Origin: Ascoidea asiatica JCM 7603
Taxonomy: Eukaryota > Fungi > Ascomycota
Assembly (NCBI GenBank): GCA_001600695.1
Contig: BCKQ01000004.1
Span: forward strand, 479,583 to 543,582
Length of the DNA stretch: 64,000 nucleotides
Direction of reading: 5' to 3'
The notes beneath the pieces are model-generated. The model saw only the letters and a list, made by a program, of their open reading frames with translations. It had not been told where the DNA came from and did not search any database. The position numbers and the translations under genes are program-made. Of this stretch, positions 1 to 11,251 are shown one piece after another. Every line of letters begins with the position of its first letter. Position 1 is the stretch's first letter.

Positions 1-2
1 CA

Positions 3-992
3 AAACCTCCTGAAGATTCTAATGCTCCAATTCCTTGGATTTCCTTAAATAATCAAGGTAGACCAAAAACAATTAAACCAAAAATTCAAAATGGTTATAT
101 AACTAAAAATGCTTCTCCAGATTATTCAACATGGTTTAAAACTCCAGTTACAAAAACTTTAGATCAAAAAGAATTAAAAGCTCATAATTTAAAAGATAAT
201 GATAAATTAGAAATTATTGAATGGATTGATGAAGATAAAACTTATGTTAATTTAAATCCAATTATAAGATGTACACCAAATAGATATAAAAAAAAGGGTA
301 AAGCTAAAGTTATTTCAAGTGAACCATTTTGTACTCCAAGTGAAGATTCTTCACTTGATTTAAATAAAGCGTATTTTGTAACTTGGTATACAAAATTTTT
401 TGGTGATGCTGAAAAAATTAGATTACATTTAGCTTATGTTTCTGAAAATGTTTATGAAAAAAATTATAAAAAAAAAAAAAGAGATGAATTAATACCAACT
501 GGTGTTGATAATGCATTTTTTTCAACTGATTGGTTAAAAAATAAAAATGGTGATGGAATTTATCCATTATTTGTTAATCCTGATTGGATTGGAGATAAAA
601 AAGCATATGAAAAAATTATAATGACTTTGCAACCTGATACAATTCAAGATGATGATTTTGATTTACTAACAAATGGAACTGTTGTAAAAATTCGTAGAAG
701 AGCTGTTGTAGATAAATCTGAAAAATACAGAGATTATGCTGGTGGTTTACTTGGTCCTGATGATGATAAATATATTATAATGATGGTAATGCCAACTGTT
801 GTTGTTGTATTTGGTTGTATAATGTATTTTATGTTACAAGTTTGTGCAAAAGATAGAGATATTTCGGATATTAGAAGAAGTGTATTAGGTAAAAAAATGC
901 ATAAAGATTTAGGTGTCTTTAAATTATCTAAAACTAAAAATAAATATTCTAAATTACCAGAATATGATAAATATCAATTTAAAAATGTTTAA
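3..992 (+). CDS. PSG1: Psg1/Ykl077w-family Golgi membrane protein (5'-partial; the ORF-track 621..992 is only its C-terminal part)
   Basis: Frame is open from position 3. It reads PWISLNNQGRPKTIKP...PDYSTWF...ELKAHNL...DEDKTYVNLNPIIRCTP...SEPFCTP...YFVTWYTKFF, matching recalled Ykl077w motifs. It also has a KKKKR Kex2-type site and a single C-terminal TM helix. Confidence 0.85.
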   Translation, partial: KPPEDSNAPIPWISLNNQGRPKTIKPKIQNGYITKNASPDYSTWFKTPVTKTLDQKELKAHNLKDNDKLEIIEWIDEDKTYVNLNPIIRCTPNRYKKKGKAKVISSEPFCTPSEDSSLDLNKAYFVTWYTKFFGDAEKIRLHLAYVSENVYEKNYKKKKRDELIPTGVDNAFFSTDWLKNKNGDGIYPLFVNPDWIGDKKAYEKIIMTLQPDTIQDDDFDLLTNGTVVKIRRRAVVDKSEKYRDYAGGLLGPDDDKYIIMMVMPTVVVVFGCIMYFMLQVCAKDRDISDIRRSVLGKKMHKDLGVFKLSKTKNKYSKLPEYDKYQFKNV

Positions 993-1251
993 TCAATTAG
1001 TTTATTTCTAAATCAAATTAAATCAAAAATCAATTACCTGAAAAAATGAAACGTTTCAATCATTATGCATATATCATCCTTAAATGGAATAAATACCTTT
1101 CCAACTTGTATTTCAATAAAATTATCCTTTTCTCTTTAATATATTTTCATAATTCAAATTTTAGTAGCTTTAAAGTATTTCTTTATGATGATCCAACTCC
1201 GCTCTAAAAGCGCTTTAACTTTAATTTATTTTGTCGGATTTAGTATAAATA

Positions 1252-1260
1252 CCGGGTAAC
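1252..1260 (+). promoter_or_regulatory. Reb1-type site CCGGGTAAC upstream of ATG12
   Basis: Exact match to the Reb1 consensus (TTACCCGG on the minus strand). The same motif lies upstream of YHC1 at ~16670. Confidence 0.5.
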
Positions 1261-1470
1261 CACGCTATCGTATATATTTTGTTTATTTCATTTCGAAAGA
1301 GAACAAACAAAGTGGAATAGCAATATTAAAAATAATTGAAAGAAATAACTATTCAATATTTTAGAAAAAAAGAATTTATTTGAAATCGTCTCTTTCACTG
1401 TTTTTAGATTAACTTCTATTTTAATTACATATATCAGTAAAATTATTGATGCTGATGATTGATTGAAGAA

Positions 1471-2072
1471 ATGAGTGAAGGAAGAAGTACGTATGATTAA
1501 TTCTTTCCATTTTTTAGTTAATTATACTTTTTCTTATTATTATTAGATTTTAAAATTATTAACATTTTTTATCAAATATTTATCAATCAATTCAAGAATT
1601 AAATTTTTCATTATTTCAATATAATAATAAAAATAATCAGAATGAAATTAAAGATAAAAAATTAGCAAAATCTAAAATATCTACTACAAATTCTATAATT
1701 TTAACAAAATTACCTGAAAACACAGCAAATGTTTTAAATAAATTAAATAATAATTATAATCTAGAATTAAAAAATAAAAAGGTTATGATCCGATTTCAAG
1801 CTATTGGATCTGCAAAACAAATAGAACCAAAACTTTTCAAAATTTCGAGTAATCAACCTTTTAGTACAATTATAAATTTTTTAAAAAAAAAATTAAAAAA
1901 AGTAAAAGAAATTAATCCTAATTCAAATTTGAATAATGATTTATCTGTATTTTGTTATTTGAGAAATAGCTTTGCTCCAAGTCCTGATGAAATAATTGAC
2001 AATTTATTCAAAAATTTTCATACAAATAATGAGTTAATTGTATCTTATTGTAATACTGTTGCCTTTGGTTAA
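1471..2072 (+). CDS. ATG12: Ubiquitin-like autophagy protein Atg12; exons 1471-1486 and 1597-2072, intron 1487-1596
   Basis: C-terminus IRFQAIGSA...FCYLRNSFAPSPDE...ELIVSYCNTVAFG is diagnostic. ATG at 1471, GTACGT donor at 1487, TATTAAC branch at ~1557 and AAG acceptor at 1596 give a phase-1 in-frame join. The joined exon adds the STTNSIILTKLP segment typical of Atg12. Confidence 0.88.
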
Positions 2073-5000
2073 ATTCAAAGATTTTTAGTTGAATAATATT
2101 TTTTTTTAATCCTCTTAAGTTTACCAAAATGACTGAAAAAATATATGTGATCTGATAAAAGGTCTTAATAAAAGACAAGCAGTCAGTAACATAATAAATA
2201 GTAATATAATAGATAGTATTACTTGATACTGTAAGTGATTTATTAGAATGCTAATGATTATCAATAAGTTACTGTTCCGAGGAATTAAATTTCATAGTTT
2301 TTGATAGCAGAAAGCAGAATTGACTATTTTCTTTTTAAGTTAAGTATCTTGAATACATTTATGTATGAAATGATTTCATACATAATATTTAATAGTTTGT
2401 CAATTAAATAGTTCTATTTATAAAATGACTTTTATATTATATACATTAAAATTGGAATATTAAGAAAGAAATTAATACAGTTCATTTTTTTTCAAATATA
2501 ATTATTTAAAAAAGAGCTAAAAATTATTTTTTTCATTCTTATTTTCATTGATTTTTACTACTTCAAAACTGATTTTATTTTATAAAATTTCATCTTTTGA
2601 AGTACAAAAAATTAGTGCATATTCCTAAATAAATGTTTGATTTCTAGAAGGCTTCTTTGAAAATTAATATAACTTTATTGAAGTCAGATACGAATCATAT
2701 ATTAAAAATAAAATTTCTTCTATGTATCGATTCATCTGAAACAAAGTATCCTTCGAATTTGGATTGACCTTTATTTCTGAATATTATATTAAATAACCAA
2801 AAATATTTTGTAATGAAAATCTTTTTTTTTGTTTATGGTTATTTATTTAGCCGTCATTCACAATCTTTGATCAATTAGATCAGCTATATTATTTCAAAAA
2901 AAATTATTTGAATTCTTTTTCCATAGAAGCTTTGAAGACTGGAAAAATTTAATCAGAAACTTCTAATTCACAAAAGTAATTACTTCAAAGAACTTCAAAG
3001 AAAACCGTAAACCACAAATTTTTAAAAAAATGAATTTTAAATCGTTCAATATATGGAATCAATGTGCTTTTTTTTATCAACTGTCTTGCTTTTGAATTTA
3101 AATTGACTAACTTAAGCTGGTGATAGATATAACCATTGAATAAATCAAGTCAAAGCCTTCAAACAAGATAATTTAGCAGGAATACCAGAAAATGGATGGA
3201 AATAATAGTAGGCGTTGTTAACTATACACTGCAAAAGTAAAACAATAATAATAGGATAATTAGACACCGACTCATTTCTCGAGGGTAACTCAACGGCAGT
3301 TTTGGAATCCACAAAACAAAATTATCAGATATTTGGTAACCAATTGCGTGGGACGGCTTGTAAACAGGATTCCTTCTTTCCCAGATCTTTGTTAACAGGA
3401 CGACCTGTTTATGGACAAATAACTTTAGAAAGTAAGACAGACAAATAAATTAAATGCCTTTTATCTTAAAGCTCTAAAAAATAGTTGACAATAATATAGA
3501 TTCAATTATGATGACTTTTGATACTCTTAAGATATTAGTTTTGCTTTACAAAAGTAGAAACTAATTTTAGAATAATTCCCCAGTTTTAAAAAGTTCAGGA
3601 ATTATTATATAGATCATTTAAAAAAAACTAATTTTTAGTTGTAAGAGCAGGAAAAAGCAGCAATGCAATTTGAGAAAATAGATTTGAATTTTAGATATTA
3701 AACTTACAAACTTGGATGTATGCAGGTATCAGTGACTATCCGGAAAAGCTACTTCCTATAGAAGCTTCACTGCGCATATATAGAAAGTGGAAGCTTCTAC
3801 AGAAAATAGCTTCTAGAAGTGATCAACAAAATACATTAAGAGACTAATAACACTAGTAAAGTAAGTAGAATAGCGTATACACTTTCAATCTAACAAATAT
3901 TACCATTGCCAAATTATAAATAGTCTAGAACTGGTAAGGCAAAATACTCTTCAAAATGCTTTTTTACAAAAAATCGATCAGTTCTTTATACTTCTCGCAA
4001 AATTTAAAGAATTGAAAAATAATTCCTAAATATTTCTCTTGGGAACCCATTGGTGCTAAAAGAATCAAAGATAGCAAGTAATCCAAAAAAAATAAATTCA
4101 AATTCAATAGAAATAACATATTATAGTATGTATGATTATAGGTAATTCAAAGATGTATAATAATTAAATAGATATAATAAATAATTAATAAATTAAAGTA
4201 TTTATAACTTAATTAGTAAAATTCAATAATTATTTCAAAAGAATCGTCAAACTAAATGTAAAATATTTTTGCAACTCTTCTTAGATGATTATATTGTAAA
4301 AAGTTTTTATTTTAAATAAATCCAGAAACTCAATATCTGTTTAGATATAAGCTAGCGAACTTTCATTTGCTTTTTTAAATCAATTGAAAGAATTGATAAA
4401 TAATATTTTGAAAAATATACTATGATATCATTTAAATGGAAATCCTATAATTGTTTCAATTTAGGTTTTAAGAATATTTTTTTCTAAACTAATAAAACAA
4501 TAAAATTTCGTCACTTTCAATGACTGAATTGAAAGTTTGGTTAATTTTTTATTTTATTTTAGCTATCATTGATTACAAAAATATGGAATTTATTTTCTTG
4601 ATTTTTGCCTTTTATAACTTTCCAAAATTATAAACTGTTTTCTAGAAGCCAAAAAATAAAAAATAAAACAAATATGAATCATGTTTAATCTTCTTCTGTT
4701 CTTCTTTGTTGTTGTTTACTATCAGTGCTGCAGGTACCGTCTCAGCCTACATGAATCAACCAATTGGCGAACTGAAAAATTGAACCCAGTACGGTTGTTG
4801 TCTATTTATAGAATATTATATGTTTTTCACTGCAATCCGTAAACTTGGATTTATCCTGAATTAAAATAAAGAAGAGCTAATTAACAGCTCTATTCTATTT
4901 AGAATCAGATTTTAATACGGCTGTAATTTACACTTTCAATGAATATGAAGCTAAATATAATTTTTATATGTAATTTTCAAATAATTATTTTACTAGAACT

Positions 5001-7746
5001 GTATTTTGAAAGAAAAATCAGAATAATTTATTTTATTGTACAAGAAACAGATAATATTGAAAATTTAAAACAAAAATTCCAAAAAACTTCTAAAAAAACA
5101 GTGGGTTAAAAATAACCTGATAGAGAAGCATTTTGAAAAAAATTCATTCTATTTTATAGATTTTTGGACTTTCTATATTAAACTATTTGTAGAATTTTTT
5201 GATAAAAATTGAACAAAACAAAAATGAATAGCCAAAAAAAAGTAGTGGGAATATTTAAATAAGAAATTATATGTTCTAGAAGCCGAATTATTAAATATTC
5301 TATTGAGAATCCAAATGAAATATCAACACTTTTTTCCATTGAAAATTTTTTTCTTTTTTATTTTATTCAAGGATGTCATAGATCTTAGTTTTTAAGTCAA
5401 TTAAGACATAAAAAGCTTCTATACATAATCTTACTAGTATTACATCTGATCAGAAACATAATTCTTAAGACACGTAGATTCCAAATAGTTTTTCCATAAA
5501 TAAGTTTAATCTAAAGAAAGGCAATCATCTTTTCTCATAGAAAAAGATTTTCAGCAACTTCTGAATTCTGAAGTTATTTTCTTTCTTCTCACCTTTATCA
5601 TCTTTATCTTATTTAGAAAAAACGGTAAAAAAATTTTCCTTAAAAATTAACCTTTTCAGCAATTTGAGTAATAAGCGAAACCGATAAAAATTGACTAGTA
5701 GTCTACTAGTAGTTTTAGATTTCTTTTAGAATTAAGAATAAATCCCTGAGTTAAATGCATAATTCATAGCTAAATTTGCAAAAATTATATACTGTATATG
5801 ATCGTAGGGTTTATATTGTATTACATAACTTATAATAATTTTTTTTTTCATGTAATATAATTACGTTTTCCATTACTGAAAGACATGTTAGGATAATTAT
5901 GATAGTTTAATATAATATTGAATCATATCGTTCAAAATACGAGAGTCTTCGTAATTTCCATTTACTAAAGTCCTTATACACCAAAGAAAAAATAGTCAAA
6001 CGTTATTCACTTTGATTCAAAAGTATACTATTACAATTTTCTGCGACAAGTGTAAATTCCTAAAATTCAAATAAAAAATATCTTTAAAACGACTTTGAAT
6101 TAATCACCCTTTTCTTTTTAGAGACTTTTAAATAAATATTATCCTACTTTCAATGACCATATTATCTATTCTTGACTATAAACTCAATTCAAAATTAGAC
6201 TTGAAGATTGATCTTTTTGATTTTTGAATTAAGATATACATGAAAATATATCAATATTCATTACTAGTTATTTTTTCGTTTTCTAGGATAGGTCCTTTGA
6301 ATGATTAATCCTCTTTTTGTTTGAAATTTGAAAATAAAAAGTCCTAATGTCGGATTTAATCTTTTTAAAACCAATATGCCAGACAACTTTGAAATCTGTT
6401 TTTATTAAAACTTTTTTTAGAACTCATATGAATTTTAATTTGATTTCAGACAAAATTTGGGTCTATTATTCTTCTAAAATTTTTGTCTATGAATTTAGAT
6501 AAGTTCTAGGATTATTATTTGTAGGCATGCTTTCAAGAACTCTTATCTACTGTAGACAATAGTGGAAGGTGGCGGAATGAACACACAGAAGAAAACCCAG
6601 GTGCACGGGCTACCAACATTTATATATCCTGGTACAGGAGGTCTGTAAGTAAAAAGCCTGGGCACCTGACTTCCATGTGACGGTTAGGTCGGCAATGGAA
6701 GCTTACTCGCCCAATCTTCTCTACTTCCGAGGAAAAATGTTTTGTAGTGTAGTACTTGCTTGCTGCTGCTCCGGAATGCGATAATGACCTTCAATATCCG
6801 GAACATTAGCTCAGAAAAAGCATGGTTGTAATGAAAAAAATATTTTCTCAATTCACATAACCTAGAATTGGTGATAATTGGCGATTACAAAATGGGGATA
6901 TTATAATTAAAGACAATTTTGCATAACAAACAACATGCTAGTATATTAATAGGTGCTTTTTATTTTAATAAAACTTCACAGACTAATAAAAAACTACTTC
7001 TAACATGTTATACTACTGAGGGTAATTCAATTGATAGTAAGTAAACTTTTCAAAATTAGATCGATGTAAAAATTCGAGAGTATACCCCAGTTCATTTTTC
7101 GAAAGTATGGAAATGATCAAATTTTCAAATTTTTCTAAAATCATTTCAAAAATATTAGTGCAGATTTGTCTTACTCTTACTATTTCAGTCATGATCCATT
7201 TGTATGGGCATCGCCTAGGTATTTTGGTAGTTGGTTTGTATCAATTAATAAATTTCTTTTAAACTTAGGTAGTTTAAATTTTTATTTAGCTTAGGAGATA
7301 CCTAAACATCTAACTTAACCTTACAAGTCTGAAGTTTCTTCTAAATATCTATTTCAATTCAACTTCTAATATTATATTGTTCTTTGATACACTATTTACT
7401 TTCATTATCAAATTTAAAATCATTTTATTTTTCGACTTTACATTAACTGGCAATATGATACTTCGATTATTGATCATATTTCTTTGAAAAATTTATTTAA
7501 ATATGAAGGTTTCCTTCACCTTTTTGATTAGTAAACGATTATAATTTTATATTCAAATATTTCAAATAACAGACAATATTCAATCATCAAAAAAAATAAT
7601 TATCAATAATAAAATATTTATTAAATATTTATTAAATTTCTATCATATAAATTAATTTTAGATAAAACTTTTAATTTTTCGATAAAAATATTATTGAAAA
7701 TTTTAAACCATTTCTTTTTCTCAAATAAAATAACTCAATTTTAAAA

Positions 7747-8568
7747 ATGAATATTCCAGTGAGTGTCCCAATGAATGTTCCAATGGTTGATCCATTTATT
7801 TATGAACTTCATATAGCTCAACAGCCAGTTAGAGGTAGAATGTGTGGTTTAGGTGATAAAGATAGAAGACCATTATCTCCATTACCTTGTGTTCATTTGA
7901 TAATTAAAGATTCAAGAACAGGTTTAGCAATTCCAACATCTAATATTTCAGATCAATATCTTTCAACTTTAGTTCTTTCAACAGAATTATGGAATTGGGA
8001 TGGTAGAATAAATTTAACTATTGTTCAAAATGATTATGATTTTGTTAATAATAGATTTTTTAATCAAAGTGATAATAATAGATTTGCAAATTTAATTCCA
8101 GGTTCTACTCCAATGTATTCATTAAATAATCAAAATATTTATCAATCTAATTCATTTCCTAATAATCCTTCATATTTGAATTTAAATTTACCTCAAAATC
8201 AACAAGCATCAACATCTTCAAATAATGGATCAACTTTAATATCAAATGCTCAATTAACTAGAAATTTAGTTGGAAATACAATTACAAATGCAAGAAAATT
8301 AATTGATGATAAAGGTGATTTAGGAATTTGGTTTGTATTTCCAGATGTAAGTGTTAGAATTGAAGGTTATTATAGAATTAAATTTCTTTTAAGTAGAATA
8401 AATGCAAATTTATCTGTTCCAGGTCCAACAACTTGTATTTTAAATACAACATTTTCAGATATTTTTCAAATTTTTAGTGCAAAGAAATTTCCAGGAGTTT
8501 TACCAAGTACTTCATTAAATAGGGCATTTTCTCATCAAGGAATTAAAATTCCATTAAAAAAAAAATGA
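7747..8568 (+). CDS. Velvet-domain transcription factor, VelB-like (split velvet domain)
   Basis: N-half YELHIAQQPVRGRMCGLGDKDRRPLSPLP and C-half RNLVG...GIWFVFPDVSVRIEGYYRIKF...FQIFSAKKFPGVLPSTSLNRAFSHQGIKIP, separated by an N/Q/S-rich insert as in VelB. Confidence 0.9.
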   Translation: MNIPVSVPMNVPMVDPFIYELHIAQQPVRGRMCGLGDKDRRPLSPLPCVHLIIKDSRTGLAIPTSNISDQYLSTLVLSTELWNWDGRINLTIVQNDYDFVNNRFFNQSDNNRFANLIPGSTPMYSLNNQNIYQSNSFPNNPSYLNLNLPQNQQASTSSNNGSTLISNAQLTRNLVGNTITNARKLIDDKGDLGIWFVFPDVSVRIEGYYRIKFLLSRINANLSVPGPTTCILNTTFSDIFQIFSAKKFPGVLPSTSLNRAFSHQGIKIPLKKK

Positions 8569-11251
8569 AATTATTTTGATAACTTTCAATATTGGAAGAT
8601 TTAAAATTGAAGAAAAAAAATCAATCAAAATTAATCAAAATCAAAAAAAAAAAAGGATAAACAAAATCAAAAGTTTTTCATCTAATAAATTGTACAATAA
8701 TCTTTATAATTTGATAAATATCATTATCATTAGGAATTCTATTCAAAATCAATTAGTCATTTATTGGTTCTTTTTCAGTTTTTTTTTTCTTTTTTTATTT
8801 CTACTTCCATATTTTTCTGTTTACTTTTTTTTCAACTGTGATTTTTTTTTTTTATTTTTGTTGCTTCTTCATTTTTATGAGATTTATGTTATATTCATTC
8901 GCTTTACTTTTATTCTTAAAAATCTTATCATTCAATTAATATTCATTCGCTTAACATTAATCAAAGATCAAAACATTCATATTATTTAATTGTTGTTTGA
9001 AGTTCTTTAAATTTTCTCTTTAATCTTTAGTTTCATTTTTATTTTATATACTCATTTTATTTTTTTATTCATATTCTTATTCATTTTTTTTTTTTTTTTT
9101 TCAGAGATTGTACATTATAACTATTAGAAACTTCTTTTTCTCCATACAGAAATAAAAATCAGTTGATTTTTTGATTTCATAAAAATTACATAAACTCAAA
9201 GAAGAGGATTTTCAATGAATTTAAATTAATTGAATTTTGTAAGTAAAGATTTTCTTAAAGTTGAAGCAATTGAAATCGCGTAAGTGATTCAGAAAAACTT
9301 GAAATGAAATGAAATAAGTTTGCAATATTTAATAACAAAAATTGAAGAATTTTTCACTTTTTGCAAATTAAATCGGTGGATAATTACTTGAAGTATATTT
9401 TTAAAAAAATTTGAAATTGGAAATTTCAGTTGCGATAATTTACAAATATCATTCATGATTGAAAGTAAACTCGATTAAGACTTAATATAATTGAACATAA
9501 TATTGGTAAGTTCATTTGATTGGGTTAAAGTTTGGTTAAAATCATGATTTACATACAAAAAAAAAAAAAGACAATAGATATGCGAAATAATGTCTAATTA
9601 TGTTATTAAACGCATGGAACAAATCTAAGTGCGTATTACCAAGATTATATTTTAACTTTGTAGGGGTTAATTTCTTGGTTATTAAAAGAATTTTAACTGG
9701 CTATTCCATTTTTGGTTAGAAATGTTATAAGAATAGGAAATGTACAAGAGTGGAAATACTGAATATATTTTTGAAGAGATATTCAAAGTGAATAAGAGTA
9801 CATAATTTTTATCTAGATTGAAAATTTAAATTGGAATTGTAAAATCAAGAAGGAATTTGGCTCTTTAATTTAAAAATTCTAACAATTCAAGTTTTTTTAC
9901 TTGTTTGTGAATTTGAAAATCGAAAGAAAAAGAATAAAAAAAAAAGGAAAAAAGAAACGAGAGTTCAATAATGATTTATTAGACCTATATTTTATTTCAT
10001 AAGTTAGTGATCTAAAGTGGATTATAGAAGAACATAGTGGGTATTTATTTAGTTCTATCCCCATTTTAACCTTTATGAAATTACGATACCCATAAAGCGA
10101 AATAATTCAGAGTAGTTTAAATAAAGGTAATATCAAAAAGTGATCGAGTGCTAGAATTTGTAATGCGGAAAAGAAAAATAATCCGTATTAAGGATTATGA
10201 TATTCTGATAACTGAATTAAATCAAAATTTGTGGATTTGTTCCACACCGCTGGAAAAGATGGTTAAAGATTGGCCGAGGAGATGGTTGAAATAATAAAGA
10301 AGCATTTAACGAGATATATTTTCAGAACCATTTAGAAAAGTTTTAATATTTTCACTTTCTTTTAAAAATAATATGATATGCTTGCAAGATGATTTTGCCA
10401 ATGAACGTTTAAATAAAAAAATTAAAAATTATGATTCAATTTCGGTTATAATTGGTCAAAATTGATATTTTTTGAGGTGTTTTTCGTACATTATTCTAGA
10501 TAAATAATTTTCTGTTGTCAAAACGTAACAAAATAGCATTTTTGAATAAGACATCCAGAATGGATCGGATAATCTTCAAAAACCTGCTTTACCTAATACA
10601 GCAGTAGAATCAAAAGAAGATATAAGAGAGTAATTAGGATCCAAATCTGCTAGGATAGATTGTGATGTTGTCTATTTTTGTCATTTTAGAAACTATCCTT
10701 ATCTAGAGACAACTAGAATCAGCTTATCCTCTGGTGTTGTTTGCTTGGGTGTTTGATGGATTGACTCCTTCTTCCTTGTTTTCTTCCTTGTTTTCGGGGC
10801 CCTCTGGCCAGTTTTTGGGTCTTGTGACAGAGAGTGCCCGCTGTGGCAGACAGGGGTCTCTCCTCGCGGCTGTGATTCGCTGGGTCGAGTTCGTTCGAGG
10901 GTTGAGTGCTGGTGCCAATCTCAAATTATCTGTTGCTTAGCGAGGTAAATTTGCTAATAGTTAAGTTAATAGCCTATTCTCTTCCCCACTGTACAGTAGT
11001 AGTACTACTGTAAAGACCGTATCATACTATTGAATCTTTCGATTATGAAAGCTCCAACCAAGGTTTGCTTACAACAATAGAGAAAGTAAAGTAATCTAAA
11101 ATACATAAAGCAATTATTTAAATTCAATAACTTCCTTCCAACTTATTTTCTTTTCTTTTATCATCAAATTCTGTATTCTTTTCTTACAATTATTTCATAT
11201 TCTAATCTATACCCATATTTTCATATTCTTATTCAAAATTTATATTCAAAA

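Noticed and set aside
2073-7746. Transposon relic or centromere in the long ORF-free region
   Set aside because: No LTR-like direct repeats, transposase or reverse-transcriptase remnants, or CDEI-II-III layout were seen. A regional centromere cannot be judged from sequence alone.
8576-8989. 137-aa ORF as a gene, or as a frameshifted extension of the velvet ORF across the A10 run
   Set aside because: TTG start and F/I/L/K composition from poly-A/T tracts. The velvet domain is already complete at QGIKIP. A homopolymer sequencing error cannot be excluded without reads.
10724-10940. Overlapping 66-aa and 68-aa ORFs
   Set aside because: By-products of a GC-rich promoter island, with atypical codons and no recognisable motif.
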